A DNA stretch of 64,000 nt from positions 103,168,001-103,232,000 of the forward strand of contig OX597816.1 of the NCBI GenBank assembly GCA_951406725.2, given 5' to 3'. Each line of letters begins with the position of its first letter. Positions within the stretch are counted from its first letter, which is position 1. This document shows, piece by piece, positions 23,600 to 35,530 of the stretch. This DNA is from Octopus vulgaris. Its lineage: Eukaryota. The notes below the pieces were generated by a model, which was given only the letters and a program-made list of their open reading frames with translations, did not search any database and was not told the DNA's origin. The translations under genes were made by a program, and so were the position numbers.

Positions 23600-24060
23600 G
23601 GTTTCAAATTTTGGCATAAGGCAGCAAGTTCGGGAGGAGGGGTTGAATCGATTACATTGATCCCAGTGTTAAACTGGGGCTTATTTTACCCATACTGAAA
23701 GAATGAAAGGCACTGTCAACCTCGGCAGAATTTGAACTCAGAACGTAAAGGCGGACGAAATGCCGCTAAGCATTTTGCCCGGCGTTGCTAACAATTCTAC
23801 CTGCTTGCCGCCTTCTTTCACCGTATATACTGACTATAGAAAATTAAGGCGGCAAGCTGGCATAATCGTTAGCATGCCGGGCAAAATGCTTGGCAGTATT
23901 TCGACTTTTTACGTTCTGCGTTCAAATTCCGCCGAGATCGGTTTTGCCTTTCATCCTTTCTGGGTCGATAAATCAAGCATCAGGGCAACACTGGGGTCGG
24001 TGTAATTGACCAGCCCCCTCCCCACAAAATTTCAGGCCTTGAGTATTTAGTAGAGTGGAT
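23600..24060. mobile_element. Head-to-head family A SINE pair (- 23600-23812; + 23846-24060)
   Basis: Inverted copies of the family A consensus about 35 bp apart. Confidence 0.85.
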
Positions 24061-24110
24061 ATAGATACTAATATTGGGGCGTAAAAAGCCACAGAGGTGG
24101 GGAATGGTTA

Positions 24111-24184
24111 TTAGTACCGTTGGAATTGAACCAAGACTTCTTATTTTCGCGATGAGTATGCTACGTAATTACACCAACAAACCC
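24111..24184 (-). pseudogene. Decayed tRNA-like gene, isotype uncertain
   Basis: Reverse strand GGGTTTGTTGGTGTAATTACGTAGCATACTCATCGCGAAAATAAGAAGTCTTGGTTCAATTCCAACGGTACTAA: A-box-like TGGTGTAA, T-arm TTGG-TTCAATT-CCAA, imperfect anticodon stem; acceptor stem broken. Confidence 0.5.
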
Positions 24185-24315
24185 ATCTAGTTATCTCCCG
24201 CTTAAATTTAAGTTCTGATTTCATTATATTTACAAAATGTTCACTCGTCATCGTTTCTTAACTTACGTAAGGCATGCATACATACAGACAGCAGACATAG
24301 AGACAAATTGATTGA

Positions 24316-24388
24316 TAGGAAGATGGTAGTTTCGATCTATGGACCTCTGGGTTATGGGCCTAGCACGCTTCTATTGCGTTACTCTACT
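24316..24388 (-). pseudogene. Initiator tRNA-Met(CAT) pseudogene
   Basis: Reverse strand AGTAGAGTAACGCAATAGAAGCGTGCTAGGCCCATAACCCAGAGGTCCATAGATCGAAACTACCATCTTCCTA aligns to the conserved eukaryotic tRNAiMet (GAAGCGTGCTGGGCCCATAACCCAGAGGTC; GATCGAAA T-loop), with A-box and acceptor-stem mutations. Confidence 0.85.
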
Positions 24389-24839
24389 CAACGAGTGTTT
24401 AAGTTTATATACAATGTATCATTTCTTATATTGTCTGTTCTGGGTTAAATTACTTCTCTTACATCATCCATCATATGTTATTTAGTTATTTATTTCTATG
24501 CGTTGGACTGTTTCAAACGAACGAAATATAGTAACTACACAATCCGTATTGCAGCACTGGGATATTAATTTACTTGCTGAAAGGGGACATATCGCTCTGA
24601 CAATACTTCGAGAGTCACATTTGACGGACCACATACATAGATCAATTGCGTTGCAAATTTCACTGGATGTCACTCCATATTCCATTTTCAGATCAGCCAG
24701 AAGCAAATCAATTCTTTATGTTTCCCAAGCGCAGCATAGCAATCGAGCTTGCTAGTTCCTCCTATTGTAAATTATAATAATGTTGTCTTACAATTGTCAA
24801 CAATACTATCGTTACTCTACCATTGTTATTCATGATATT

Positions 24840-25035
24840 GGGTTCAAATTTTAGCACAAGGTCAGTAATTTTGGGCAGGGGATAAGTTGAATACATCGAC
24901 CCCAGTGTTCAATAGGTACTTATTTAATTGACCCTGAAGTCGACTTCGGTGGAATTTGAGTTCAGAACGTGAAGACGGCCGAAATGCCGCTAAGCGTTTT
25001 TGACGATATGCCAACGATACTGCCGCCTCGCCACC
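24840..25035 (-). mobile_element. Family A SINE (a second - copy lies at 25355-25575)
   Basis: Reverse complement of family A consensus. Confidence 0.8.
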
Positions 25036-25069
25036 ATACTTTGTTACTCATAATATTGTTACTTTAAAC

Positions 25070-25216
25070 TAGGCATGGGCACCTTTTTCGAGAAGCGGGT
25101 TGCACGAGTCATGGCTCATCATCCGGCGGACTGCACTGCCGAAAAAAAATTTCATTAGGCAGGCCATTACAAAAATAAAAAAAAAAGTTTCGCGGTCCGC
25201 AGGTTGCCCATGACTA
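25070..25216. mobile_element. Short MITE with hAT-like termini
   Basis: TAGGCATGGGCACC ... GGTTGCCCATGACTA inverted termini; 8-bp TSD not clearly preserved. Confidence 0.55.
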
Positions 25217-25689
25217 CCTCAACACCCATCAGAACTGACGGGAGACGTGATCAGAGATTTCTGGTAAAGTATACTGAGACACATCTCAGTTGCAGTTACT
25301 TGAAGAAGAATTGTTAATACTATATTTACTCTACAATCGTTTCCTTACTATTATTGGTTTCAAATTTTGGCACAAGGCTAGCAATTTCGGGAGAAGGGCT
25401 AAGCCGATTACACCGATCCCTCCCCCCAGTGTTCAACTGGTTCTTATTTTATCGACCCCGAAAGGATGAAAGGTAAAGTCGGCCTCAGCGGAATTTGAAC
25501 TCAGAATGTAAAGACGGGAGTAAATGCCACTAAGCATTTCGTCTGGCTTGCTAACGATTCTGCTAGCTCGTTGCTTTAGTTTCCCTACTATCATTAATAA
25601 CATTGTTATCCTATTATTATTAGCAATTCTATTGCTACCCAATAATTATTAACAATGCTATCGTTAACCTCCTGTTGCTACCCGACTAC

Positions 25690-26300
25690 TATCATATTTT
25701 CCAGTGGTGTTCTCTGTCTATTATTTTAACTTTATCCCACAGGTCTCCATTTTTCCATACATGATCAGCTATACCCGATTTATCAATATCTCCTCTTGTC
25801 ACAGTTTTGCGATGTTCGTCAACCCTTATTTTGAGGGGGCGGCATGTTTCGCCTTTGTATAACCCACCACAGCTACATGGGATGGAGTACATGCAGTCTT
25901 TGGCCATATTCTCCTCTATTGGTGGTTTTACTCGAAGGAGATATTTACGAAGTGTTGTATTACTTTTGAATACTGTCATGATTTCATATGGGCCGCATAT
26001 CTTTTGTATCTTTTCGGAGAGGCCTTTCATATAAGGTAGACAGACTGCGAACAGTTTATTGGCCTCATCCTCTCTCTTCTTCATAAATGGAGTGGCTAGT
26101 ATACTTTTGGGGTAGTTGTTGCCTGACAGATCATTATTGAGCTTGATCATTTCTTCGTGGTGTGTATCACGATCGCTACTTATATTATTTGCACGATGTT
26201 TTACTCTCTTTACACTGTATGGATGGTGGGAATGAAAGATCTGGTATCGTCCAGTAAAGATCGGCTTGCGGTATACGGATATCCTGAATCCATACTTGGT
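25690..26300 (-). mobile_element. Penelope-like retroelement fragment (RT C-terminus plus GIY-YIG endonuclease)
   Basis: ORF 25692-26150: LPYMKGLSEKI...MYSIPCSCGGLYKGETCRPLKIRVDEH...KSGIADHVW, typical PLE Uri/GIY-YIG domain. Confidence 0.9.
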
Positions 26301-26440
26301 GCCTTGTTATTAATAACTTAGGAATGAGAACCCAGGTTCGAAATTTCCCCAAGACACCTGATGAAGGCTGGAGGGTATATCCGCCTAAACAAACAAGATG
26401 AGGACAAATATCCGTCGAATGTAAATAATGTAAATAATTA
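26300..26440 (+). mobile_element. Inverted Penelope pseudo-LTR with hammerhead-like motif
   Basis: CTGATGA-AGGCTGGAGGGTATATCCGCC-TAAAC at 26358-26390 (GAAAC mutated to TAAAC), then (ATGTAAATA)x2; opposite strand to the adjacent PLE ORF. Confidence 0.55.
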
Positions 26441-29252
26441 CCAAGATGTGTTTCAAACGAGCCGCAACGCTCAGTTTTCTGCAGCAACATAGAATTTAGC
26501 AAAAAAGATTTCTTACATAGGCACAGGGTCTCATATTTATAGAGGAATGGGTATAATAAATTCATTCGATTGCTGTTTCTTCGTTTACGATCGCAACTGG
26601 ATTTGAATTTAGTGTAACGAAATTCCCCAAGACATTTTGTGCTTCGCTTCAAGTGATCACCCACCCGTCTTTATTTATCATGTAGGTAAATACAGTATCT
26701 GCATCCCTCTTCTAGGCTTTGCAGATGAGTGCGATCAAGTGAGGGAAATATCCTCTAATCGGAGACCTTGCCTGAATGCTTACAAGAGAGTGAACGCCGC
26801 TGAAGTTCCTAAGGTGCTAAATAATGGTATTAAACCGAGTAATGTATTGGTTTCAAAATTTTGCACAAGGCCAGTAATTTTTGGGGAGGGAGTAAGTCGA
26901 TTACATCGACCCCAGTGCTCAACTGGTACTTCAATAAAACTAAAGAGTTAATGAACACTGTATTTTATACTATTAACTGTTATAGCGACTAATATCTGAG
27001 AGAAATTATGTATTTATGTACGAACGTGTGTGAACGAATTTTTGTAGCATTTCATTTTCGGGTATTGTTTTCCATATAAGCTATAACTCACCTGCCATAT
27101 GACATGCTGAATAGAGCAGCCGGATTTCATGCTTAGTGCCCAAATATCTTGTGTAAAAAATTGAAATCAAAACTAAACAAATTAATTATTCAATGAATAA
27201 AACGATACTTTTCACCCGGTTAGTTAGGCCTTGTAAGTTCCAGTTTCTGACACCTCAGAGCCAACAATCAAGAAAGCAGATTTGATAAGGCAGAGGCTCC
27301 TTAATATTGGTGGTTAGACATTAAGGGTAGGTATATATTATTTTAAAATATTTTTATGGCAGCCGAACAACAGCATAGGATATATTTTCACTGCCCCAGT
27401 GACTAACGTTACAAATGTTTTAGTCCAACGGAGTAGATATTTTCATTGGAATATTCATCAGTACCGACTGTAAAATACTGTATTTTACCGATTGTAGAAT
27501 AGGAACAGAACACAAAACAAGCAAAAAGACAAGAAGAAAAAATATTGAATCACCATGAACACATACAGCAACAACAACAAGGAACATTTAAAAGAACACG
27601 TAATTGGAAAATAAATTATTTTGAACAGATTAAAAATGATAGAATAACTACAATAGCATAAACACAGACAAATATGTTGGTCCAGGAAGATCATGAACAT
27701 AGTCGCTATTTGAACCAGTTTTTCCTCTGACGTTACACAGGAAGAGATATTAGGCTAGACAAAGTTTTCGGAAGAAGATTCGGTTGAGAGAATTGTGTAT
27801 ACATAATACCTTTCGACTTCAACATGTAATCCAAAAGAGGGTAAAAAGAGAACAAATCTATGTTTTAAGAAACAACGTTTTACACCTCACTTGGAAACAA
27901 AAGTTTCTGAAAGAGGCATCATACGAAATATTGGTAAATTGAATACTTAAAGCTTACATGACTATCTGCTGTGCTTTCAGGACAGAGAACACAACCAGAA
28001 ATTTGGATTGAAACAATCTGATATACAGTCGAACCTTAATATATGATGTTTTGCTTTGATAAGTTTCTGTATTAGTTACGATTATAAATGCTTATTTTCT
28101 AAAGCCAATGGAATACTCTTGAAACATTTGTCGTTAGTAACAGAGATGAATAGGTAGGATGTTAGCATCAACTTTGGTTCCTCGATTATGATTCCATTTA
28201 CGCTTATTATACAATGCAGACATTCATCTTGACATGTATTCCCGATTTTTCATTAAAGATGATTGACAAATTGTTTCCTAGTATGGTATAATACAGTACA
28301 GAGAGGTCACAACACTACAACGACCCTGTAGATCAGTTGTTCCTAAGCTGGAAGTTGCGCCCTCTGAGAGTCGTTGTGAACTTACAAGGAGGCGGTAAAT
28401 ATCAAGGAAACATTATGAGTGGCATGAGGTGTTTAGCGGGGTCGGTGTTGTTCCCCCGGTGAGGTGATAACCACCTTTCATGATCCTACTAATCAAGCAA
28501 GTCCTGAAAAGAAATAAATGCTTTCCTTTCTCTTCTGATTAAACCATTAAAAATATATCGATATTTTACACCCATTTTAAGGAGTTTGATTACATTTCAT
28601 GTGTGCTAATTATGCAGGCAAGTAGCGAATCCTGTAGAACAAACGGTTAGCTCTTGATGGAATCAGCCAGTTAGTTTTGTTTGCCAAGTGAAACTGCTAC
28701 TGCTCCAGAGAAGTGCATTTCTACCTAGCAATATGACAAGGCTTTTGTATTTATGATTGAGATAAAAATAACGTATAGTAACACAATTTCCATGATTCTA
28801 AATGATTCTCTTCCTTTTTAGTCATTATCGTTGTCTAGTTCCATTTGTGGTTCATTGGAATAATCCATTATCAGTTTTCCTCTTCAACGTAAACTTCTTT
28901 TTCTGCTCGACTATTACTGGATTTCTCCCAGATGATTCTACCATTTTATAGATACCAACATGTTTTATAGGTCAGAATTATCAGCGAAGAAGACTACTAC
29001 AGTAGTTTACACTAGTATTGATTTAAAGTAGTGAATCGAGTTTAATTGTTTTGAAAGATTAAGATATTTTAAAATTAGTTAGGGATAAGATATAAGAAGT
29101 TGCGATGCCATTAAGCTTCCCATTGAAAGGCCTCGACATCATGAAGAAAATGAAAAGGGTTTAGCTGGAAATCGAAACCGAGTCACGCACCCAAATGGTC
29201 TGAAGAATATCATTCCATAAACACTGATTTCTTGCATAAACACAAGGTCGGA

Positions 29253-29675
29253 TATATTGATGAGAAGGAATAAGCTATCATTAAACCCAATATATTTCGC
29301 GCGTCGCTACGTTCTGAGTTCAAATTCCGCCGAGGTCGACTTTGCCTTTCATCCTTTCGGGGTCGATAAATTAAGTACCAGTTACTTCTAGGGTTGATCT
29401 AATCGACTGGTCCCTTTCCCAAAAGTTTTGGGCCTTGTGCCTAGAGTAGAAAAGTATATTGATGAGAAAGAATAACCTATCATTAAACCCAATATATTTC
29501 GCACGTCGCTACGGTCCGAGTTCAAACTCCGCCGAGGTTGACTTTGCCTGTCATTCTTTCGAGGTCGATAAATTATGTACCAGTGAAATTCTAAGGGTCG
29601 ATGTAATCGACTTCTCCCCTCCTCCAAAACTTCAGGCCTTGTACCTATAATAGAAATGATATTAAACCCAATATT
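29253..29675 (+). mobile_element. Tandem pair of identically 5'-truncated family A SINEs
   Basis: Both preceded by tatattgatgagaa.gaataa.ctatcattaaacccaatat; ATTAAACCCAATAT recurs at 29280, 29482 and 29661. Confidence 0.8.
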
Positions 29676-29749
29676 AGACTAGTATTTATTTTAGCCACAA
29701 TAGGTTGATGAAAGCAAAGTAGACTTTAATAATGTAAAATATTTTGACC

Positions 29750-30041
29750 GGCGCTTTAACAATCCTAAACTATAATGATAGGCGAAATGAGATGTTGTAA
29801 TATTCATGTGTGTTCTAGAATTTCAGATTTGATCTGCGAGGGAAAACAATAATTAGACGACAATATCAACTAATATCTAACACATCACAGATTATATGGA
29901 GAGAGATTCCATCTAATAAATTATTTCCAGTCATGTGTTAAGATATAAAATGAATCAACATGCAGTATAATTTGTTATATAATTTTACTTGTATTCCAAA
30001 TGGTACATTTATATCACCTGATGATATATTCTGGGTATTAC

Positions 30042-30112
<71 letters not shown>

Positions 30113-31750
30113 AATGGATATAGTTTGACCTCAGAGAAATTATATGATTCTGACAGTACCATTTTGAAAGAGATTCAACCTTGTCGAAATTGTACTCTTT
30201 TCTTTGTCGGTTCCACATATTTATAATTCCTTGCACATACATCATCATTCCTTTAACACAGTTGAATCAGAAACACCGATTGCAGTAGTAATCTGAGTAG
30301 TAATAGCAGTAGTCTTCTTGATTCCATTATATACGAAGTCCCTTGAGCGAGACATTTTTGCCGCAGTTATACTGTAGTAACAAGGTCATGTTTACATTTT
30401 ATATTCCTCTCGAGAATTACTCCTGATTCATAACCTCAATGATTTTGCTTTTCATACTGCAATAAATAGTCTGTAATCCACACCGAACTAGGATTAGTTT
30501 TCAGGTTGTTTTAAAAAATGTATTTCATTGGGAAACGGATTTTTATTTATGTACTTAATTTCTGTTCTAAAACTATGTTCAGTTCTGCCTGAAAATTATG
30601 CATAGTTTCTGTTTTGACATCCATTAGTTTATCGTCACGTGTACACAGTCGAATGTTTTGACACATGATCTATCGTCAAGTTATAGACGGAGGCTTGTAG
30701 ATTTATATTTCTCTTTACATTTTCACGTGTCCCAGATTTTCCTGTTGTTTGTTTGGGTGAAAAAGTAATTCATTTTGCAATAATATACCATGTTATATCA
30801 TCGAATTTCGAAAAGACTTGTCTTCAAGAATTAGATAAATAATCAAAAACATCTTAAGAATATTTTAAATCGCAAATGCCTCACCTTCGTAGAAAAGAGT
30901 GTGAAGATTAATTTATACTTTCTACAGCACCTGAAAATCTTTAAGTGAAGCGACATATAACGACCGGAAATAGAAATCGATTTGTGAGGTAGGATATCAG
31001 AAACTTAAGATATTAACATCATGGTAAAAGCATTTAACTGGGATGGGAATTATCCCAGAAGAAATAGTCAACTTTCCTGGAACTTATACCTTTTCGATGT
31101 AATCGTAAAGTTGCACGGTGTGTGCTTGTGTTCTGCCCTCGTTACTATAAAAATGAGTTTAAAACAATATAATTCATTTTAATTTAACAATGCCTTAGAA
31201 GAACCCTCTATGCATATTCAGCGTATTTTCTGAAGCAATTCAATTTTTACCACACCAGTCGATGCAGTGTTAAACAATTATTAAATGATTCTTCCAACAC
31301 TGCTTTGGCAATACGACGAATTCCGTGTCGTTGATGAGATTATAATAAGGCTGAAGCATATGTTGAACTACCTCTTGTACTTGTCAAAATAATCCAAAAA
31401 ATATTTTTCACTGATCAATGTTGGTTTTCCTTCAACGTAAAATAATTTCTAGTTAGTCTTTTAATACTCTCTATATAAAACGTTAATATTCATTTAAGCA
31501 TAGAATAAAATAATTAATCTTTCATCGATTATCTTCTTATCTAGGTATTTATGTGCACCACTACCACTGTCTCACCTATCCTCTCCAACATATCCTATCA
31601 TCAAAAGATAAAATCCTTTGTTTTAATTCCATTTGTTTGCTTCATTGATTATTTCAGTGTCTGCTCTGGTATCTTAGAAATTACAGAGGTTAGGAAATCC
31701 GATTCTTTTGAATCAATGATTACTAAACAAAATAATAATAAAAAAAATTA
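29750..31750 (-). mobile_element. Very old LINE reverse-transcriptase relic
   Basis: Scattered reverse-strand remnants resembling DN.RPI.LLN (~31030), Q.GFR..RS (~30970) and D..KAFD (~30810); heavily degraded, boundaries uncertain. Confidence 0.3.
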
Positions 31751-32551
31751 TTATTTCAAATGTGTCTTTTCAGCAAGATATTTTTAATATTAACTACAAT
31801 AATGGTTAATGTCTTATGATTAGTGAACTACGGGTTATATATGAGAAACGAAATACCTCCAACACAAATAAATGTGATAATAAAGGAAAGAAAACAATCT
31901 ATTTGTATTCTATATATTTTATCATCATTATTATAATAATAAAATAGCATTATGAAAAAAAATAACGGGACCCGTAAAAATTGTCCATTTTATGAACGTT
32001 ACTTCTGTTTTTAAGCGAATATTTATAGATCATCATGGCATTGTTTCATTATATTAAATATTTCGGTTATTTCTTTGATTTCGTTCTATAGCTAAGGTTA
32101 TTCAAAATGTAACACTCAGATTTGTTTCATTTCGTTCCAGAGTTAAAATTGTTAAAAGTGTAACGCTCGAATACGTACCATAACAAGCAGAATGAAGCTA
32201 TAGATATTTAAGACAGTGACTGACGGGTATATTTCAGGCAGTGAGTAACGCATCTGAATATAGTGTTTAGTCAAAGAACTTTCCGTTTGAATACAAATTT
32301 CACCGGAGGCAACTTTACAGTTTCTCCTCCTGCGGTCAGTCAACTGGTGCTTTATCTTCTTGTCAAATACCTCTCACAAAACTTCAGACTTTCTGCTTAT
32401 GCCAAAAACAATTATTAAGGAGAAGAATCGTTAGAAGCTCAGACAAAATGCTTTGAGGCTCTGTGCCTATAGTAGAAAGAATAATAATGATGATGACAGT
32501 AATAATAATAATAATAATAATAATAATGATAATAATAATAAGAGTAATAAT

Positions 32552-33674
32552 AAGAGGACTGAACGCTGCGACTTGTGTGCAAACACGAAAACAGCAAAAA
32601 ATCACATTCTATCGTCAAGGAAGCTTGCAAATTCGCAAAGGAACTTGGCATTAATCCTGAAATATCTGAAGAACCTGAAACCACTGCCACAAAACAAGCA
32701 AATGGATCGAGCAGGCAGTAAAAAAGAACGGACAGAAACAAATTGAGGAGTGGTGGCGCCAGAAACCTCTGCATGGACGGTAAATACTTCGGAGTCGAAA
32801 TGCTGATGTAGATCAAGCAACAATCCATCAGTGGCTGAGAAGTTCAGGACTGAGAGCAGAGACTGAAGGTTTCATATTGGCGGCACAAGATCAAAGCTTG
32901 CCCACAAAAAACTACCAGGCTAACGTTCTTCAAAACAGATCTGACCCTAAATGCAGATTCTGTGACACATTTGACGGAGCAATAGACCATCTCGTCTCGG
33001 GATGTCCTGTGCTGATACCAAACGAATACAAAAATCTCCACGATAGGGTAGGACAGTATTTATACTGGAAAATATGTAAACACTAAAAAATCAGCACTCC
33101 TGCTTACTGGTATGAACATCATCCTGAGCTAGAAGCTGAAGGTAAAAATATCACTATCCTCTGGGATTTTCTAGTCAACACTGACAGAGCGATCCAAACT
33201 AATCGACCAGACATAATTATTAAAGACAGCGAAAAATACTTGTAGACTAATAGATGTTAGTGTTCCAACTGATAAAAATATATCTGTAAAGGAATTTGAT
33301 AAACTAAGTAAATATAAGGACCTAGAAATTGAAATACAAAAGATGTTGCATCTTAAAACGAGAACTGTTCCCGTTATTGTAGGTGCCCTTGGTATGATAA
33401 AAAAGGAATGTCAAAAACATCTAGATAAGATCCCAGGAGAACCATGTCTCACAGAAATCCAAAAGATTGTACTGACAAGTACTTCCCACATGCTTAGAAA
33501 AACCCTATCATTTTAAATGCCTGTGTTGTATTACATGAAGCTATTCCGCTACTTCCGCTCCCCAAGCTTTCAGTCATACAATAACATCTCTTAGCCTTCA
33601 CTCGCCTCACGACACTGGGTGTGTCTCGGCAAGTGGCTGTAACAAACATACAGATTAAAAGTAAAAAAAAAAAA
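32552..33674 (+). mobile_element. Dong/R4-clade non-LTR element, 5'-truncated (CCHC plus restriction-like endonuclease), disrupted
   Basis: CRFC..DHLVSGC...HDRVGQYLYWKIC; WDF..TD.....NRPDIII; LIDVSVPTD.N...KEFDKLSKYKDL; PVIVGALG; poly(A) at 33663-33674; 5' end abuts (TAA)n. Confidence 0.88.
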
Positions 33675-33675
33675 T

Positions 33676-33877
33676 CCTTTCTACTATAGGCACAAGGCCT
33701 GAAATTTTAAGGGAGGGGGAATCGATTACATCGACTCCAGTAAGCAACTGTTACTTATTTTACCGAACCTGAAAGGCAAAGTCGACCTCGGCGGAATTTG
33801 AACTCGGAACGTAAAGACGGACGAAATACTGTTAAACATTTTGCCCGGCTTGCTAACGATTCTGCCAGCTCGCCACC

Positions 33878-33960
<83 letters not shown>

Positions 33961-34138
33961 CAACCTTTCTATCGAAGGTACAAGGCCTGAAATCTTGGGG
34001 GAGGGGATAAGTCACTTGCATCGACCCCAGTGCTCAACTGGTACTTATTTCATCGATCCCGAAAGGATGAAAGGCAAAATCGATCTAGGCAGAATATGAA
34101 CTCAGAACGTAAATGGACTTAAAGACAATAATAACAAC

Positions 34139-34189
<51 letters not shown>

Positions 34190-34325
34190 GGCGGCAAGGT
34201 GGTAGAACGTTAGCACGCCACAAAAAATACTTAGCGCTATTTCTGCCATCTTTAAGTTCTGAGCTCAAATTCCGCCGAGGTCAAACTTGCCTTTCATTCT
34301 TTCGGGGTCGATAAAATAAATACCA
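33676..34325. mobile_element. Three family A SINEs interleaved with (AAT)n
   Basis: - copies 33676-33880 and 33963-34110; + copy 34188-34325. Confidence 0.8.
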
Positions 34326-35139
34326 AATGACTGATATCAAAATGAATGATAAATAGAAGATAACCAAACATGCTAGCACTGACATTTTCATTTCGATATA
34401 TATATATATACATACATACATGATAAAATGAACGTCTGTGTGTCTGTCTGTTTGTCTGTCTGGCCATCTATGGAAAGAAGGGCTACAGCATCTATATAAA
34501 AACTAAAAGCTAATTCTTGTGTAAAGTTTTACGCCGAAGACAATGGAAGTGGTCCTTATTCTCTACATGCCCGCTGAACGGAGCTACTCACCATTTTCCA
34601 ACATGTTGGACACACGGCAGTTCCGAAATAAATGACCTGCTTTAGGGAGATAATTAAATGTGCATTATATTTCTTTTACTTACTATAAGTATTACTGGGA
34701 AGAAGAAAATTCATAGACTCCTATTATATCGGAATTTGTTGTGAAAAACATTTTCTGCATGTCGAAAGAACAGTTTCAGAAACTTCAAACGATTCTGCTT
34801 TGATGGAAGCCACAAGGTTTCCATAAGACATTCCCATATAGTTGCAATCTATACCATTAGAAGCATATTTGTAGACAGTTTTATTTAAAAATACCCATTT
34901 ACCCTAAACTTATGAAAAGCAAATTCGGTGGGGTACTCGTCTGTAGGTATGCCGTATGTGTAAAAAGCATAGGGTCAAATACACAGTACGCGAACTGCTA
35001 GAAATACGAGCCAACACACCACCGACTCGCCCACCCTCATTCCGTTTTCGGAAAATAAATGCACAGCTATCTGAGGAATGATCAAATTAATTGACTAACC
35101 TACAAACAAACTTTGCTTTTTATACGGACAGGTGTAATA

Positions 35140-35182
<43 letters not shown>

Positions 35183-35210
35183 CGCGCGCGTGTGTAACTG
35201 TAATAAGCTT

Positions 35211-35530
35211 TTTTACCTCCACCTTAGCGAAAGCGGAGGTATTGTTTTCAGTCGTGTTTGTTTGTTTTTCCGTGGACAAGATATTTCAAGAACTGCTGGA
35301 TGAATGAAACTTTCAGGGATGTTTGGCCTCATGACTAGCACGAACTGATTAGATGTTGGGATCGATCTGGTTTCGGACAAGGATTCTGGATTAGTTTTCC
35401 TGTTATTTTACTGACTTTTTGAGAGCGGTCGGGTTTATTTTTAATATTCTCGTTTGTAAGAGCAGTCGAGTTTATTTTAGATATTCTCATTTTAAAAATC
35501 ATCTCCGGCTAATCGTTGAGAGGACGTTGG
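35211..35530 (+). mobile_element. Helentron/HINE-like non-autonomous element, 3'-truncated
   Basis: TTTTACCTCCACCTTAGCGAAAGCGGAGGT subterminal hairpin, (GTTT)n microsatellite, ...ATGAAACTTTCAGGG core; ends where the L1/Tx1-like element begins. Confidence 0.5.

Noticed and set aside
24480-24760. Overlapping short ORFs next to the tRNA relics
   Set aside because: No recognisable motif or consistent splice signals.
27000-29230. Possible second host gene or TE in low-repeat sequence
   Set aside because: No in-phase exon chain or domain found; faint hAT-like (28333) and LINE-like remnants are too degraded to support.
34420-35110. Additional Helitron-like non-autonomous element
   Set aside because: TC-start and CTAG-like words are present, but no convincing terminal hairpin; boundaries cannot be set.
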